A stretch of 64,000 nucleotides of DNA from Patescibacteria group bacterium (lineage in GTDB: Bacteria; Patescibacteriota; Patescibacteriia; SG8-24; DYFX01): contig CP129476.1 in NCBI GenBank assembly GCA_030583805.1, positions 373,453-437,452 of the forward strand, read 5' to 3'. Shown piece by piece: positions 9,610-18,791 of this stretch (position 1 is its first letter; every line of letters begins with the position of its first letter). The notes beneath the pieces were generated by a model. The model saw nothing but the letters and a program-made list of their open reading frames with translations, searched no databases and was not told the origin of the DNA. The position numbers and the translations under genes are program-made.

Positions 9610-10214
9610 TGATTATCCTTCAGGTTTCGCAACATGGCCTGGGTAACAACCTGCACGGGGCCCGGCGGCCTCCTGACGTCGCGGTCGACTTCGATCGTTA
9701 ATTTGATAAGTCGGATCGCGCTGTTATTCACGGGCTGAGAGAGCGGCGCCGTCGACGAGGCCGTTCCGTTATAGGAACTGTCGAAATACTGGAAGATGGA
9801 TGTCGCGCTGTTTACGACGCCCTGAATCTGGTCGGTAACGGATTCATTGCTCGTTACGTATGAGAGCGGGGCGCCTTCCGGATCTATAACCCCCTTACGC
9901 ATTTTCGACCCGGAAAGAAAGTATCGCACGCGCTCAACGACGCCGTCGTCATCGATATCGCTGTAAAACGTTAGCGTGTTCGTACCCGCTTCAAGGATCG
10001 GGAATGCGCCATTTTCCGCCACGGTGGCGGTGCGCAGCTCCATCGACCAGACGTTCATGACTTTCAAGAGATCGGCCTGGGCGGACAAGCCTTCATACGC
10101 CGTGGTGTTGAACGACAAGATGTTTCTCGTAAAGGCCCACCCACCAGCCAGCACGATGGCGCTGATACCGACCGCAATCAGCATCTCCAAGAGTGTAAAA
10201 GCTGGTCTTTTCAT
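9606..10214 (-). CDS. type IV pilin / pseudopilin (prepilin-type N-terminal methylation motif)
   Basis: MKRPAFTLLEMLIAVGISAIVLAGG matches class III signal with Glu+5. Confidence 0.7.
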   Translation of the reverse strand: MKRPAFTLLEMLIAVGISAIVLAGGWAFTRNILSFNTTAYEGLSAQADLLKVMNVWSMELRTATVAENGAFPILEAGTNTLTFYSDIDDDGVVERVRYFLSGSKMRKGVIDPEGAPLSYVTSNESVTDQIQGVVNSATSIFQYFDSSYNGTASSTAPLSQPVNNSAIRLIKLTIEVDRDVRRPPGPVQVVTQAMLRNLKDNQ

Positions 10215-10215
10215 A

Positions 10216-11997
10216 TCAGTTTGGAAGCATCAAGATATCAATCTGATGCCAGCCATCTGAAATGTCGACAGTGCCAATATGGTCTTGGTACCCATCGCGA
10301 ACCACGTCGACATCGTAGGTGCCCGCATCGAGATTTGCAAACAAGAGCTGTCCCGGCGGCGTGCAATCAGACGTATACGTAAAACTGATATCCGAAATAT
10401 TCGGCGTTACGCTCTCGTTTTCTGTTGAAAGAAAAACTTTGTAACGCATGTAGCGATTGCCTGCATGACTGGAATGAATATTCGTGTTTGATGCGGCGTA
10501 ATACGTCCCAGGCGTACCATCGGGGCCGGTGAACAGCCATGTTTCGTTGTCGTTATTGCTCGCAAGCTGGAATCTTACGCTATTCGCTCCGGCCAAAGGC
10601 GGCTGGTCGCTGGGTAACCATTGCAGCTGGTAATAATTGCTGGGTGACCCCGTATCAAAGGACGACGATTCCAGTTGACCATACGAGGAGTAAACGCCGC
10701 CAAGGGTTTTCAAGCGCAGTTCGCCGTCTGGGTTTTCAGTTTCAAGAAAGCCGTCGCCGGAAAAATAGCGTTTGGGATCAATAAAATCAATTTGTCCGCT
10801 AGCACCCGACCAGTCCGACTGCCGCATAAAACCCCGGTTGGTAATCAACGTCTGAAAGGAACCGTTTCGAGTCAGTGTCACGGACGCATCCGTAAGCGGT
10901 AGTTGCGTCGCTCCATCCTTCACCGTAACAAGGATACTCCGCCCAGCCTTTGGACTGACGATAAGCTGGAAATTCTGGGTCGTGTTTGGAGAGAGCGCGA
11001 GCGGCAAAGGGGGTATGGCACCGGCCAAATCGTAGCCTGCATCAGTCAGCAATACCTGGTAGCTATCCCACTCCAGCGCCGGCAATTGCAGCGAACCGAC
11101 GCCGTCGGTCGCAAACGCGCCGGAAAATTTCGGCTGGTCGGGGTTCGTGCCGTTGAGTTTCGCGCCCGTAAGCGAAACGTCGACATTCGGAACCGGGTTG
11201 CACGTATCGGTAACGCTCGAAACGTTCAGCGTGCTGGTACGATCAATCGCAAAACTCATCTGGGTTACTTGCTGCAAAGCGACCGTTCCGTGCGGCTTCA
11301 GGGGGTTCACGATCGAGCTTTCGTCCCCATACGTGCGATCAACGGAATAACCATCCTTCGTAACCAGCACGTTGTAGGCATTGATGCCTGGAGGCACGTC
11401 GACCAGCTGCAATGAACCCTGCGCGTTTGTCACGTCGTTTATCGTAAAAGGCGGCGTCGCCGAAGCATTGATAACTTTCACGTTTGCGCCGGCAACAGCC
11501 TGACCGTTCGCGTCGATCGCCTGTATGAACAAGGCGCCGTTCGTCGAAGCCGTTTCCAAGCTCTTCGGCGCGACATTTGTCGTAAACTTCGTCAGGGGGA
11601 ATCCGTCGCAGTCCGCGCAAGAAATTGCGAGTTCGTACAGCTTGTAGTCCGCTGGAGACGTATCTCCAGGCGTCCCGCCAAGCGTCCCATCAAAAGGGTC
11701 ATCGATATTGCGAATCGTGCTCGTAAGCACGAACGGGATGCCGCTCCTCGTCAGGGTTTGTTGGTATGGGATTTTGCCGGACGGAAGCCCGTTAACGATG
11801 CCAACATCGGCGTAACTCATATTGCGCACGAGTTCGAACTGCTCATTCGCGAGCGCCGCCGTAATGACTTGAATGCGCGAAAGGCGCACCGCCCGATATG
11901 CTGCTGATACCGCCTCGTAAAGGCTCACAGCAACCAGAAGAAAGACCGCCATGCCCACGACGGTTTCGAGAAGCGTGCTGCCCTGCCGCGCTTTCAT
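10216..11997 (-). CDS. giant pilin-like protein (593 aa) with prepilin N-terminus and beta-rich C-terminal domains
   Basis: MKARQG|STLLETVVGMAVFLLVAVSLYE (Gly-1, Glu+5); start ATG at 11997 with GGAGGAG RBS; upstream part of track ORF is read-through. Confidence 0.65.
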   Translation of the reverse strand: MKARQGSTLLETVVGMAVFLLVAVSLYEAVSAAYRAVRLSRIQVITAALANEQFELVRNMSYADVGIVNGLPSGKIPYQQTLTRSGIPFVLTSTIRNIDDPFDGTLGGTPGDTSPADYKLYELAISCADCDGFPLTKFTTNVAPKSLETASTNGALFIQAIDANGQAVAGANVKVINASATPPFTINDVTNAQGSLQLVDVPPGINAYNVLVTKDGYSVDRTYGDESSIVNPLKPHGTVALQQVTQMSFAIDRTSTLNVSSVTDTCNPVPNVDVSLTGAKLNGTNPDQPKFSGAFATDGVGSLQLPALEWDSYQVLLTDAGYDLAGAIPPLPLALSPNTTQNFQLIVSPKAGRSILVTVKDGATQLPLTDASVTLTRNGSFQTLITNRGFMRQSDWSGASGQIDFIDPKRYFSGDGFLETENPDGELRLKTLGGVYSSYGQLESSSFDTGSPSNYYQLQWLPSDQPPLAGANSVRFQLASNNDNETWLFTGPDGTPGTYYAASNTNIHSSHAGNRYMRYKVFLSTENESVTPNISDISFTYTSDCTPPGQLLFANLDAGTYDVDVVRDGYQDHIGTVDISDGWHQIDILMLPN

Positions 11998-13124
11998 GTA
12001 CGTAAAATCTCCTCCGGCGCGATCGCGCCGTTCAGAACCTTGTGTACGCCGCTGTCCAAGAGCGTATTGCGGCGGCGGCGCGGAGCGACGAGATCGTTCC
12101 ATTCGAAGACGCCGATCTGGCCGCGATGGCCTGTGAACTGGCAGTGTTCGCATTTGGCGCCGCGCACAACGGTGCGCGGATGGCGCGTATCGAATACGCG
12201 CCGCGTCAAGCTGCGCGGCCAGCCGCTCTGATCGGCCTGGGCGCGCGTCATAGCGTCCCGCCTCCGGCATTCCGAACAGACGCGGCGTGCCAAACGCTGC
12301 ACCAAAACGCCCTTGAGCACGCGGGCGGCGCTTCTTGCTTCAATCCGAAGTTCAAGCAGGCGGCGAAGCGCTTCCTGCATCGATTCGGCTTCGAGGACCG
12401 CGATCACGAGGCGGTGTTCGGCAATCGAAACGGCCAGAGCCGCAGCCGCTTCGTCATGCAACGCGCCAAGGCCGATCACCTCGGCGCCGCTCGCCGCCGA
12501 GGCGCGCAGCAGCGAAGCGATCGAGCGACCGACGGAAGGGTCGGACGCGTGTTGATCGACGCCGGGCAGATCGCCGTGAAAATCTTTCTCCACGAGCGCG
12601 ACGTGCCGGCGCGCGGGTTCGGCCGCCTCCAAGAGGGCGTGCAGGGTGGTCGAGAGCCCTGCACGGCGCGGCCCGACCACCAGAAGCAAGCCGGCCGAAG
12701 AACGGACGCAGCGCCTTAACCGTTCCAAATCCGTCGATTCCAGCCCGAGCGCATCAAGACCCAGCGGTTCGGCGCGCAGGCGGATCACCGCTTTTTCCCC
12801 CTCTAAAACGGGGACGATCTCGATCCACCCCTCGACATCTTGCCCATCCGCCATTCGCCGCAGCGGGCCGTCCTGAAAGGCAAGAGGCGCGCTCTCTTGC
12901 AGGCGCGCCAACCGCTTTAAACGCCCAAGAAACTTCTCGTGCGCTTCTTTCGGGAGCCGGAACCAATCATGCAAAAGCCCATCCCGCCGCACGCGTACGA
13001 TCGCGTGCTGCGCCTGCGGCACCAAAAAAATTTCCGAGACATTCGCGGCAGCGGCATCGCCCAAAAGCAGATCGACAGCCGCGTCGATCGATGGCTCTTT
13101 TAAAATGTGATGTGGAACCGGCAC
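11994..13124 (-). CDS. GspE/PilB-family secretion ATPase paralog with eroded catalytic motifs (pseudo-ATPase)
   Basis: Colinear with GspE C-terminal domain including CxxC...CxxC tetracysteine, but Walker A GPRRAGLSTT lacks Lys, Asp-box EKDFH, Walker B GALHD lacks Glu, His-box degenerate. Confidence 0.7.
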   Translation of the reverse strand: MPVPHHILKEPSIDAAVDLLLGDAAAANVSEIFLVPQAQHAIVRVRRDGLLHDWFRLPKEAHEKFLGRLKRLARLQESAPLAFQDGPLRRMADGQDVEGWIEIVPVLEGEKAVIRLRAEPLGLDALGLESTDLERLRRCVRSSAGLLLVVGPRRAGLSTTLHALLEAAEPARRHVALVEKDFHGDLPGVDQHASDPSVGRSIASLLRASAASGAEVIGLGALHDEAAAALAVSIAEHRLVIAVLEAESMQEALRRLLELRIEARSAARVLKGVLVQRLARRVCSECRRRDAMTRAQADQSGWPRSLTRRVFDTRHPRTVVRGAKCEHCQFTGHRGQIGVFEWNDLVAPRRRRNTLLDSGVHKVLNGAIAPEEILRT

Positions 13125-13154
13125 AGGTCCTCCTTCCCGCGCGCCCGGATGGGC

Positions 13155-13529
13155 TTACGGCGCCCCGATCCGCTCTGAGACCTTCTTTAAGACGTCGTCG
13201 AGCGAGTAGTTCGCCTTCACGAGGAAGTCGAACGTGCCGAGAGCCATTGCTTCGGCTACCTTGTCGCCGGAGCTGAGGTTCGTGAGGATCACGACCGGGA
13301 CGGGCCGCAAGCGGTCGTCGTCCTTCATGAGGCGCAGAACGGAAATGCCGTCGATCTTCGGCATGATCAGGTCCAGGAGGACGAGATCGGGAACGACGGT
13401 TTTGAGAATCGCGACGGCCTCTTCGCCGTCAGCGGCGGCTTTGACGTCGTATCCGCCATGCTCGAGCTTGCTTTTCAGCGCCCGCTGCATGCTCGGTTCG
13501 TCTTCGACGATTAGGACAGTTTTTGCCAT
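13155..13529 (-). CDS. single-domain CheY-like response regulator
   Basis: Receiver motifs LIVEDE, DLVLLD (phospho-Asp), T/S and K positions conserved. Confidence 0.85.
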   Translation of the reverse strand: MAKTVLIVEDEPSMQRALKSKLEHGGYDVKAAADGEEAVAILKTVVPDLVLLDLIMPKIDGISVLRLMKDDDRLRPVPVVILTNLSSGDKVAEAMALGTFDFLVKANYSLDDVLKKVSERIGAP

Positions 13530-13590
13530 GGGATAAACGCAAGACTTATGCCGGCATCGTACCGCGAATGGCGCCCCGCAACAAGCCTCC

Positions 13591-14730
13591 TCAAATCATG
13601 CTGCGGCGGGGCAGGGCGACCGTAAACACCGATCCGCCCCCGTCGGCCGGGCGGTACCGGATCTCGCCCGCATGCGCGGCCACGATGAACTTGGCGATAA
13701 AGAGGCCCAGTCCGGAAGCGTTCGGGTTCATCTCGATGGCCCGTTTGGAACGATAGAACCGTTCAAACAGGCGTTCGCGGTCGGCGGGCGTCATGCCGAT
13801 CCCCGAATCGCGGAAATCGATTTCAATCGCGTCCTTCGTCGAGTGGATTTCGATCGAGATCTTCCCGCCGTCCGGCGTGTATTTGACCGCGTTGTCAAGC
13901 AGCCGCACGAACACTTTTTCCATGCGCGCCGGATCGAGGAAGAGCGGCGTCAAGTTTTTAGGCGGCTCGAAGTTGAGCGTCTGCTTGCGCAGAGAGACGC
14001 TGCGCGAAAAGTCCCGTACGACCTTCTCGATAATCGCCGAAACATCGATGGACACTTTCTCCAGGCGGAAGGCCTGTTGCTCAATATCGACCGCCAGCAG
14101 CATGTCGTCGATGATCGAGAGACTGACGATCAGGCTCTTATAGATGTCGCGGAGCAAATCCGAAGCCTCTTGCGGCAAATCGCCCGCGTCGCCGGACAAC
14201 AAGACGTCCAGGTTCCACCGCATGACGTTCATGGGCGTGCGGAGCTGATGCGAAACGACCGTCATGAATTTCGATTTCAGCTCGTCGGCGTTGCGCTGGC
14301 CGCCGTAACGGATCTTCAAATCGGTGATTTCCCTCTCGTCCGTAATGTCGCGAATCACCCAAAACCGTCCGATGAAAACGCCCTCGCGCCTGACCGGAGT
14401 GCTTTTGAACTCCAGAATCCTGCGTTGCGGAGTGGCCACCTCCGCGTCTCGGGAAAAATCGGCTTCGCGGTCTTCAAACGGGTGCGTCACCGTTTCGTGA
14501 TACGCCAACGGCTCGGAAAACGTCTTTAGCCACTCCCGTTCAATATCTTTCAGCGTTTGACCGACAAGATCCGCCGGCGTCATTCCGAAAAAGTCGCCGA
14601 AGGCGCGGTTCGCGAGATGTATGACGCCGTCGTCGCGCACGAACACGCACGCATGCGGCATTGCGTCGAGCAGCTCCGGAAGCAAGTCCGGTCCGGGAAG
14701 CACGCGCGAGTTGATTTCTTGGCTTTTCAT
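13591..14730 (-). CDS. PAS-domain sensor histidine kinase
   Basis: PAS region then HisKA H-box SHQLRTPMN and HATPase N/G boxes (LLDNAVKYT, DSGIGM, GLGLFIAK); ATG chosen at MKSQEIN. Confidence 0.8.
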   Translation of the reverse strand: MKSQEINSRVLPGPDLLPELLDAMPHACVFVRDDGVIHLANRAFGDFFGMTPADLVGQTLKDIEREWLKTFSEPLAYHETVTHPFEDREADFSRDAEVATPQRRILEFKSTPVRREGVFIGRFWVIRDITDEREITDLKIRYGGQRNADELKSKFMTVVSHQLRTPMNVMRWNLDVLLSGDAGDLPQEASDLLRDIYKSLIVSLSIIDDMLLAVDIEQQAFRLEKVSIDVSAIIEKVVRDFSRSVSLRKQTLNFEPPKNLTPLFLDPARMEKVFVRLLDNAVKYTPDGGKISIEIHSTKDAIEIDFRDSGIGMTPADRERLFERFYRSKRAIEMNPNASGLGLFIAKFIVAAHAGEIRYRPADGGGSVFTVALPRRSMI

Positions 14731-14737
14731 ACGCTCA

Positions 14738-15724
14738 TCATTCAAAAAGGCGCTTGGCGGTCTCCCACAGCTCGGGCCGCGCTTGCCGGGAAAGCCAGTA
14801 CCACCATTCGACTCCCCAGAGATACACCTCGGACGCGCCGGACGCGGCGGCAAACTCCGCGTTGGCGATCAATTTTTCCGGGTGCATCTGTTCAAGCTGT
14901 TCGTCGATCGGAACTTCGGCGACCGGCCGATGGAACCACGGCTCGGCCTGCAATTCGCTGACGATCACGTCGCCCACGAACGGATCCAATGCGCGGATCC
15001 GATCCGCGTAAAATGCCGGCGCGACGGGCCAGTAGAGCGAACCGAGATCTTCGTTCCATACGAGCCGATACATGCTGATGCCGAGCACGTCGCCGAGCGG
15101 ACCAACGCGGAGCCAGCTCGAAAGCTCGCCGCTGTCGGTCATCATCACGGGACGTCCATCAAGCGAGCGCACGAGTGCGACTTCGCGCTTCAGGATCTCC
15201 GGATCCGGCGGCGGGCACAGGCCGAAGCGGAAAAGCGGCTCATTCTCAACTTGCCAACGCTTCACGGCGCTCGCCTCTTTGAAACGCATGATTTCCGCTT
15301 CCAGGAATTCGAGCAGACGCTCGTTTTGAGCCTCGGGCGAAAGTTCCGCCGCCCACGCAGGCACATGACATTCCGGCCAGCGCGGCGTCTTGCGCCCTAC
15401 GGCTAAAATCACGTGCGCGTCTCGTTTTGCCGCTTCTTCAAGCATCCATTCCACGTCCGACCAATCGCGCACGCCCTGCTCGCGTTCGACCGCGTTCCAA
15501 TAGACCGGGATGCGCAGGCGCCGCACCCCGAGATCGTCCAGGGTCGCGAGATACGTTTCCTTCCAATCGAGGCCGAGCTCTTGGGCGTGCAGCGACGAAA
15601 ACGTGACCCCGAACGCGACGTTCTCGCTGCGCACGCTGGAAACGCGGTACCACAAGAACAGGCCCGCCGTCGCGAGAACGCAGGTGAGCAGCATGGCGAT
15701 GGCGCGGCCGCGTGAGCGCAACAT
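14738..15724 (-). CDS. membrane-anchored TIM-barrel glycoside hydrolase (GH5-like, catalytic NEP motif)
   Basis: N-terminal TM, WQVENEP catalytic-acid motif typical of clan GH-A. Confidence 0.5.
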   Translation of the reverse strand: MLRSRGRAIAMLLTCVLATAGLFLWYRVSSVRSENVAFGVTFSSLHAQELGLDWKETYLATLDDLGVRRLRIPVYWNAVEREQGVRDWSDVEWMLEEAAKRDAHVILAVGRKTPRWPECHVPAWAAELSPEAQNERLLEFLEAEIMRFKEASAVKRWQVENEPLFRFGLCPPPDPEILKREVALVRSLDGRPVMMTDSGELSSWLRVGPLGDVLGISMYRLVWNEDLGSLYWPVAPAFYADRIRALDPFVGDVIVSELQAEPWFHRPVAEVPIDEQLEQMHPEKLIANAEFAAASGASEVYLWGVEWWYWLSRQARPELWETAKRLFE

Positions 15725-15725
15725 G

Positions 15726-17063
15726 TCAGATGATCAAGGGCAGCTTGGCCAGTTCGACGTCCTTGCCGGTGATGATTTGCTCAATGCGGTAGGCGCCGTG
15801 CGTCGGCGCTTCGATGAAGCCGTTCCAAGCCATGCGCGCCAAGCCTCCGGATTCGACCCAGTCGAACAACCATTCATTCGTGTATTTCGGATCGCCCTGC
15901 GGCGTACCTCCGCCGACCGTGCGCAGCCAATGCTCGTTATAAATTTCCTGAGAACCGATCGGCGGCGCGACAATGATCGGCAAACCGACGCCGGTATAGA
16001 ACGAGAGTTCGCTCGGCTTGGTCCAAAGAATATCGGAATGCCTGAGCAGCTGGTCGAATTTGCGGAAGTACGACGCGCGGTCGTGGTAGTACAGCACGCG
16101 CACGCCGTCGCCCATGTCGCTGCCAAGACCGATGGCCGTGAGATGCTTCTTGAAGTACAGCGCCACGTCTCGCTTCGTGCCGGCGACCAGGTTCAGGACG
16201 ATCTTGCCGCGCCGGATTTTCTCGCGGAGACTCTTCGCGACTTCAAGGCCGAGCTCACGCTGCGCGCCGGCGCCGCCGACGGCGAACGTAAGCGTCAACG
16301 GATGCGTCGGTACGCGGCGGCAGTTGCCGGCGCCAATGGCCGCGCGCAGCGTTTCCTCATATTTTTGCAAAAAAATGCCGTTCGGATCGAGGTGGCACAG
16401 GCGCTCGCCGAGGTCTTTCCGGATCGTCTCAGCCTCCGCCCCGCCGATCAGATCTTTCGAGAGCGGGAAGCCGGTGAGATAAATGCGCTCCTCCGGAACG
16501 CCGTAGAGCTTAAGGCGCTCGACGACGCGTCCGTTCGAAGCGAAATACTTGACGCGGCTGCGCTTCGGGTCCTTGGCGACCCAGGCGCGATTGATGTCGG
16601 CGTCGGTGGTGACGAGATAGATGTCCTCCGGGTAATCGAAGTAATCGGCGGCAAACGCCGGGAGCGGGAAGGTGCACACCATCGGGAGCACCCTCTTGTC
16701 GCGCAGCGTGGTGATCAGATCGTAGCCCAGCCCCTTCTTTTCGATCAGGTAATACTGCTGCAGGACTTGCAGGCTCGGTTTCGACAAGTCGCGCCGTGGA
16801 TAAAACGGCTCGATTTCCTGCATGTTATCGAACAGGCTCCAGACAATCTCGCCTAGGATCGGTACGGACTTGAAACGGGAAATTGCTTCGTACAAAAGGC
16901 GCGTCGCGCGCCAAAGCTTCTTGTCGCGCAACGGAATACCCGGATAGTTATTCGAAACGATCGGATCGCCGTACGCCAAATCCGTGAGCGCATGAGAAGC
17001 GCGCTCGTGGCCATAGCCCATGTCGGCGGTCACGACCCAAGCTTTGCGATGCTGACTTTCCAT
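15726..17063 (-). CDS. GT28-family glycosyltransferase (UgtP / MGDG synthase-like diacylglycerol glycosyltransferase)
   Basis: N-terminal VVTADMGYGHERASHAL matches TAnxGxGHxxxA of UgtP/MGDG synthases; GT-B length. Confidence 0.55.
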   Translation of the reverse strand: MESQHRKAWVVTADMGYGHERASHALTDLAYGDPIVSNNYPGIPLRDKKLWRATRLLYEAISRFKSVPILGEIVWSLFDNMQEIEPFYPRRDLSKPSLQVLQQYYLIEKKGLGYDLITTLRDKRVLPMVCTFPLPAFAADYFDYPEDIYLVTTDADINRAWVAKDPKRSRVKYFASNGRVVERLKLYGVPEERIYLTGFPLSKDLIGGAEAETIRKDLGERLCHLDPNGIFLQKYEETLRAAIGAGNCRRVPTHPLTLTFAVGGAGAQRELGLEVAKSLREKIRRGKIVLNLVAGTKRDVALYFKKHLTAIGLGSDMGDGVRVLYYHDRASYFRKFDQLLRHSDILWTKPSELSFYTGVGLPIIVAPPIGSQEIYNEHWLRTVGGGTPQGDPKYTNEWLFDWVESGGLARMAWNGFIEAPTHGAYRIEQIITGKDVELAKLPLII

Positions 17064-17066
17064 AGA

Positions 17067-17357
17067 TCAATGTTCGGCGAGTAGAATGACGGTTGCTCCC
17101 CCACCGGCAGACTCCCGGAAACGAAGCACGAGCGGATGTTGGGAAAGAGAGCGGTGCAGGATCTCGCGCAGCCGACCCTCCCCCTTGCCATGCACGATAC
17201 GAGCCACGCGGTCGCCGCGTACGAAGGCGGCATTCAAAAGGCGTTCCGCCGCCTCAAGCGCTTGGTCGGGATACTGGCCGTGGAGATCGATTTCCGGCAC
17301 GTCTCCCCCGGCTTCCGCCAGGAAAAGCAGCGCTTCGGGGTCCTCGGAACTCTTCAT
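17067..17357 (-). CDS. Smr domain protein (small MutS-related nuclease domain), likely leaderless
   Basis: DLHGQYPDQALEAAERLL ... RIVHGKGEG Smr signature; ATG 6 nt downstream of TGTTATACT. Confidence 0.7.
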   Translation of the reverse strand: MKSSEDPEALLFLAEAGGDVPEIDLHGQYPDQALEAAERLLNAAFVRGDRVARIVHGKGEGRLREILHRSLSQHPLVLRFRESAGGGATVILLAEH

Positions 17358-17370
17358 GTCCACAGTATAA

Positions 17371-17400
17371 CAAAAAAACGCGCCCCATGTGATGGAAGCG
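17371..17400 (-). terminator. intrinsic terminator after phosphodiesterase gene
   Basis: GC hairpin CGCGCTTCC...GGGGCGCG followed by TTTTTTTG on minus strand. Confidence 0.45.
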
Positions 17401-17442
17401 CGACCGAGGCGAGCGTTCGCAGTGCCGAGGCCTCGAAGGCGC

Positions 17443-18666
17443 TCAGTCCTGAACGAAGATCTCGCCGACGGATTTGGCGTTCGGGGACATGTCCGGAAGA
17501 GACGACGCCGGCATGTCGAAGATGCGAAGGATCGTGGGAACCGTGTCGTAGAGAAGGATCGCGGGCGCGACGCTGGGATTGCCGTCCGAGGGACGCGCGA
17601 TCGGATGAAGATCGTCACGACCTTCGATCTCGTGATCCATCTTGATCCCGGGACCGACGGCAACCCATGGCACGAGCCGGTTGTTGTCGTTGTTGGCGCT
17701 GTGCCCCTTCTTCTTGCCGGGCGTGCCGCCGTGGTCGGCCGTCACGATGAGCGTGGTTGCAAGGCCGTCGCGGGCGTCCGCTTCGGCGATGCAGTCGCGG
17801 ATGGTCCCGAGCTTGCCGTCGATCAGCTTGGCCGTCGCGTATTGCTCGGGCTCGAGCCAGCCGATGTCATGACCGGTACCGTCGATCGCCTTGAAGTGCA
17901 GGACAATCAATCCGACCTTCGGATCCTTGAATGCCGCGCATCCGCGGAGCGCTTGCGCATCGATGCTGTTCTTCGTGACGATACCGCTTTCGGTACCGTC
18001 CGCGCGGAGCAGGCCGACGAGCTTGCCCTTCTCGACGTAGGCGTTCGTGCCGCGGCCGGATTTCTCCACCGCGGTAAAGAGCGTCTCTTTGATGTTGAGC
18101 GGGGCCCAACGAAAGGCGACGCCGTGCACATGAGCGCAGTCGTTGCGGCATGTCGGCTCCGCGTTCTTTTTCGGCTCCGTCGTCACGCCGTTCACTCCCG
18201 GATCCGCTCCGGTGAAGAGCGCGGCGTGCGAAACCGCGGTCGTGGCCGCCGTCGGCACGCGCGCCTTCAAGGTGTACGAGCCTTCCTTGAAGAGCTGCTG
18301 CATGACCGGCATCTTGCCGACGAGCTTGGCGTGCAGGCCGTCGAGGCTGACCAGCACGACGCGCGTCTTGCCGTCCACCGACGCTGCGAAAGTCTCCCTT
18401 GGCATGGGGTCCTCCGGCATCAGCTTGGCAGGCACGGCGTCAGGGGCGACATCGGCCTCGGCGGCAGGAGCAGGCTCGACTGCGGCATCCGGCGAACCGT
18501 TCGCCGAAGGCGGCTGAACCGAGCTGTCGCTCGTCAGCGCGCTGGGCACGTTGGGCGACTGCGAGACCTTCTGCTTCTCCTTCTTCGCGATGTTGAGCAG
18601 GACGCCGGCGGCGACGATCACGGCGATCAGGTACGGGACGTAATTCGTCGTGGGTTCTTTCGACAT
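17443..18666 (-). CDS. membrane-anchored alkaline-phosphatase-superfamily enzyme (nucleotide pyrophosphatase/phosphodiesterase-like)
   Basis: N-terminal TM, VVLVSLDGL and TADHGG metal-site motifs of NPP/AlkP family. Confidence 0.7.
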   Translation of the reverse strand: MSKEPTTNYVPYLIAVIVAAGVLLNIAKKEKQKVSQSPNVPSALTSDSSVQPPSANGSPDAAVEPAPAAEADVAPDAVPAKLMPEDPMPRETFAASVDGKTRVVLVSLDGLHAKLVGKMPVMQQLFKEGSYTLKARVPTAATTAVSHAALFTGADPGVNGVTTEPKKNAEPTCRNDCAHVHGVAFRWAPLNIKETLFTAVEKSGRGTNAYVEKGKLVGLLRADGTESGIVTKNSIDAQALRGCAAFKDPKVGLIVLHFKAIDGTGHDIGWLEPEQYATAKLIDGKLGTIRDCIAEADARDGLATTLIVTADHGGTPGKKKGHSANNDNNRLVPWVAVGPGIKMDHEIEGRDDLHPIARPSDGNPSVAPAILLYDTVPTILRIFDMPASSLPDMSPNAKSVGEIFVQD

Positions 18667-18721
18667 GACGCTCCAAAGGGCAGAGGGCTTGGTTTTCCGG
18701 CAGGATTGCCGGAAACAAGGC

Positions 18722-18750
18722 AGTCTAGCCTAAAATGGGGGTTTTGTCAA
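18722..18750 (-). promoter_or_regulatory. promoter TTGACA-17-TAGACT for phosphodiesterase gene
   Basis: Exact 17-nt spacer; lies right after the PBP1A terminator T-run. Confidence 0.5.
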
Positions 18751-18751
18751 C

Positions 18752-18791
18752 CCTGGACCAAAAGAAAAACCCTCTCGTAAAGAGAGGGTTA
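18752..18791 (-). terminator. intrinsic terminator after PBP1A (hairpin CCCTCTC-GTAAA-GAGAGGG + TTTTTCTTTT)
   Basis: Perfect 7-bp stem immediately after stop codon. Confidence 0.55.
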
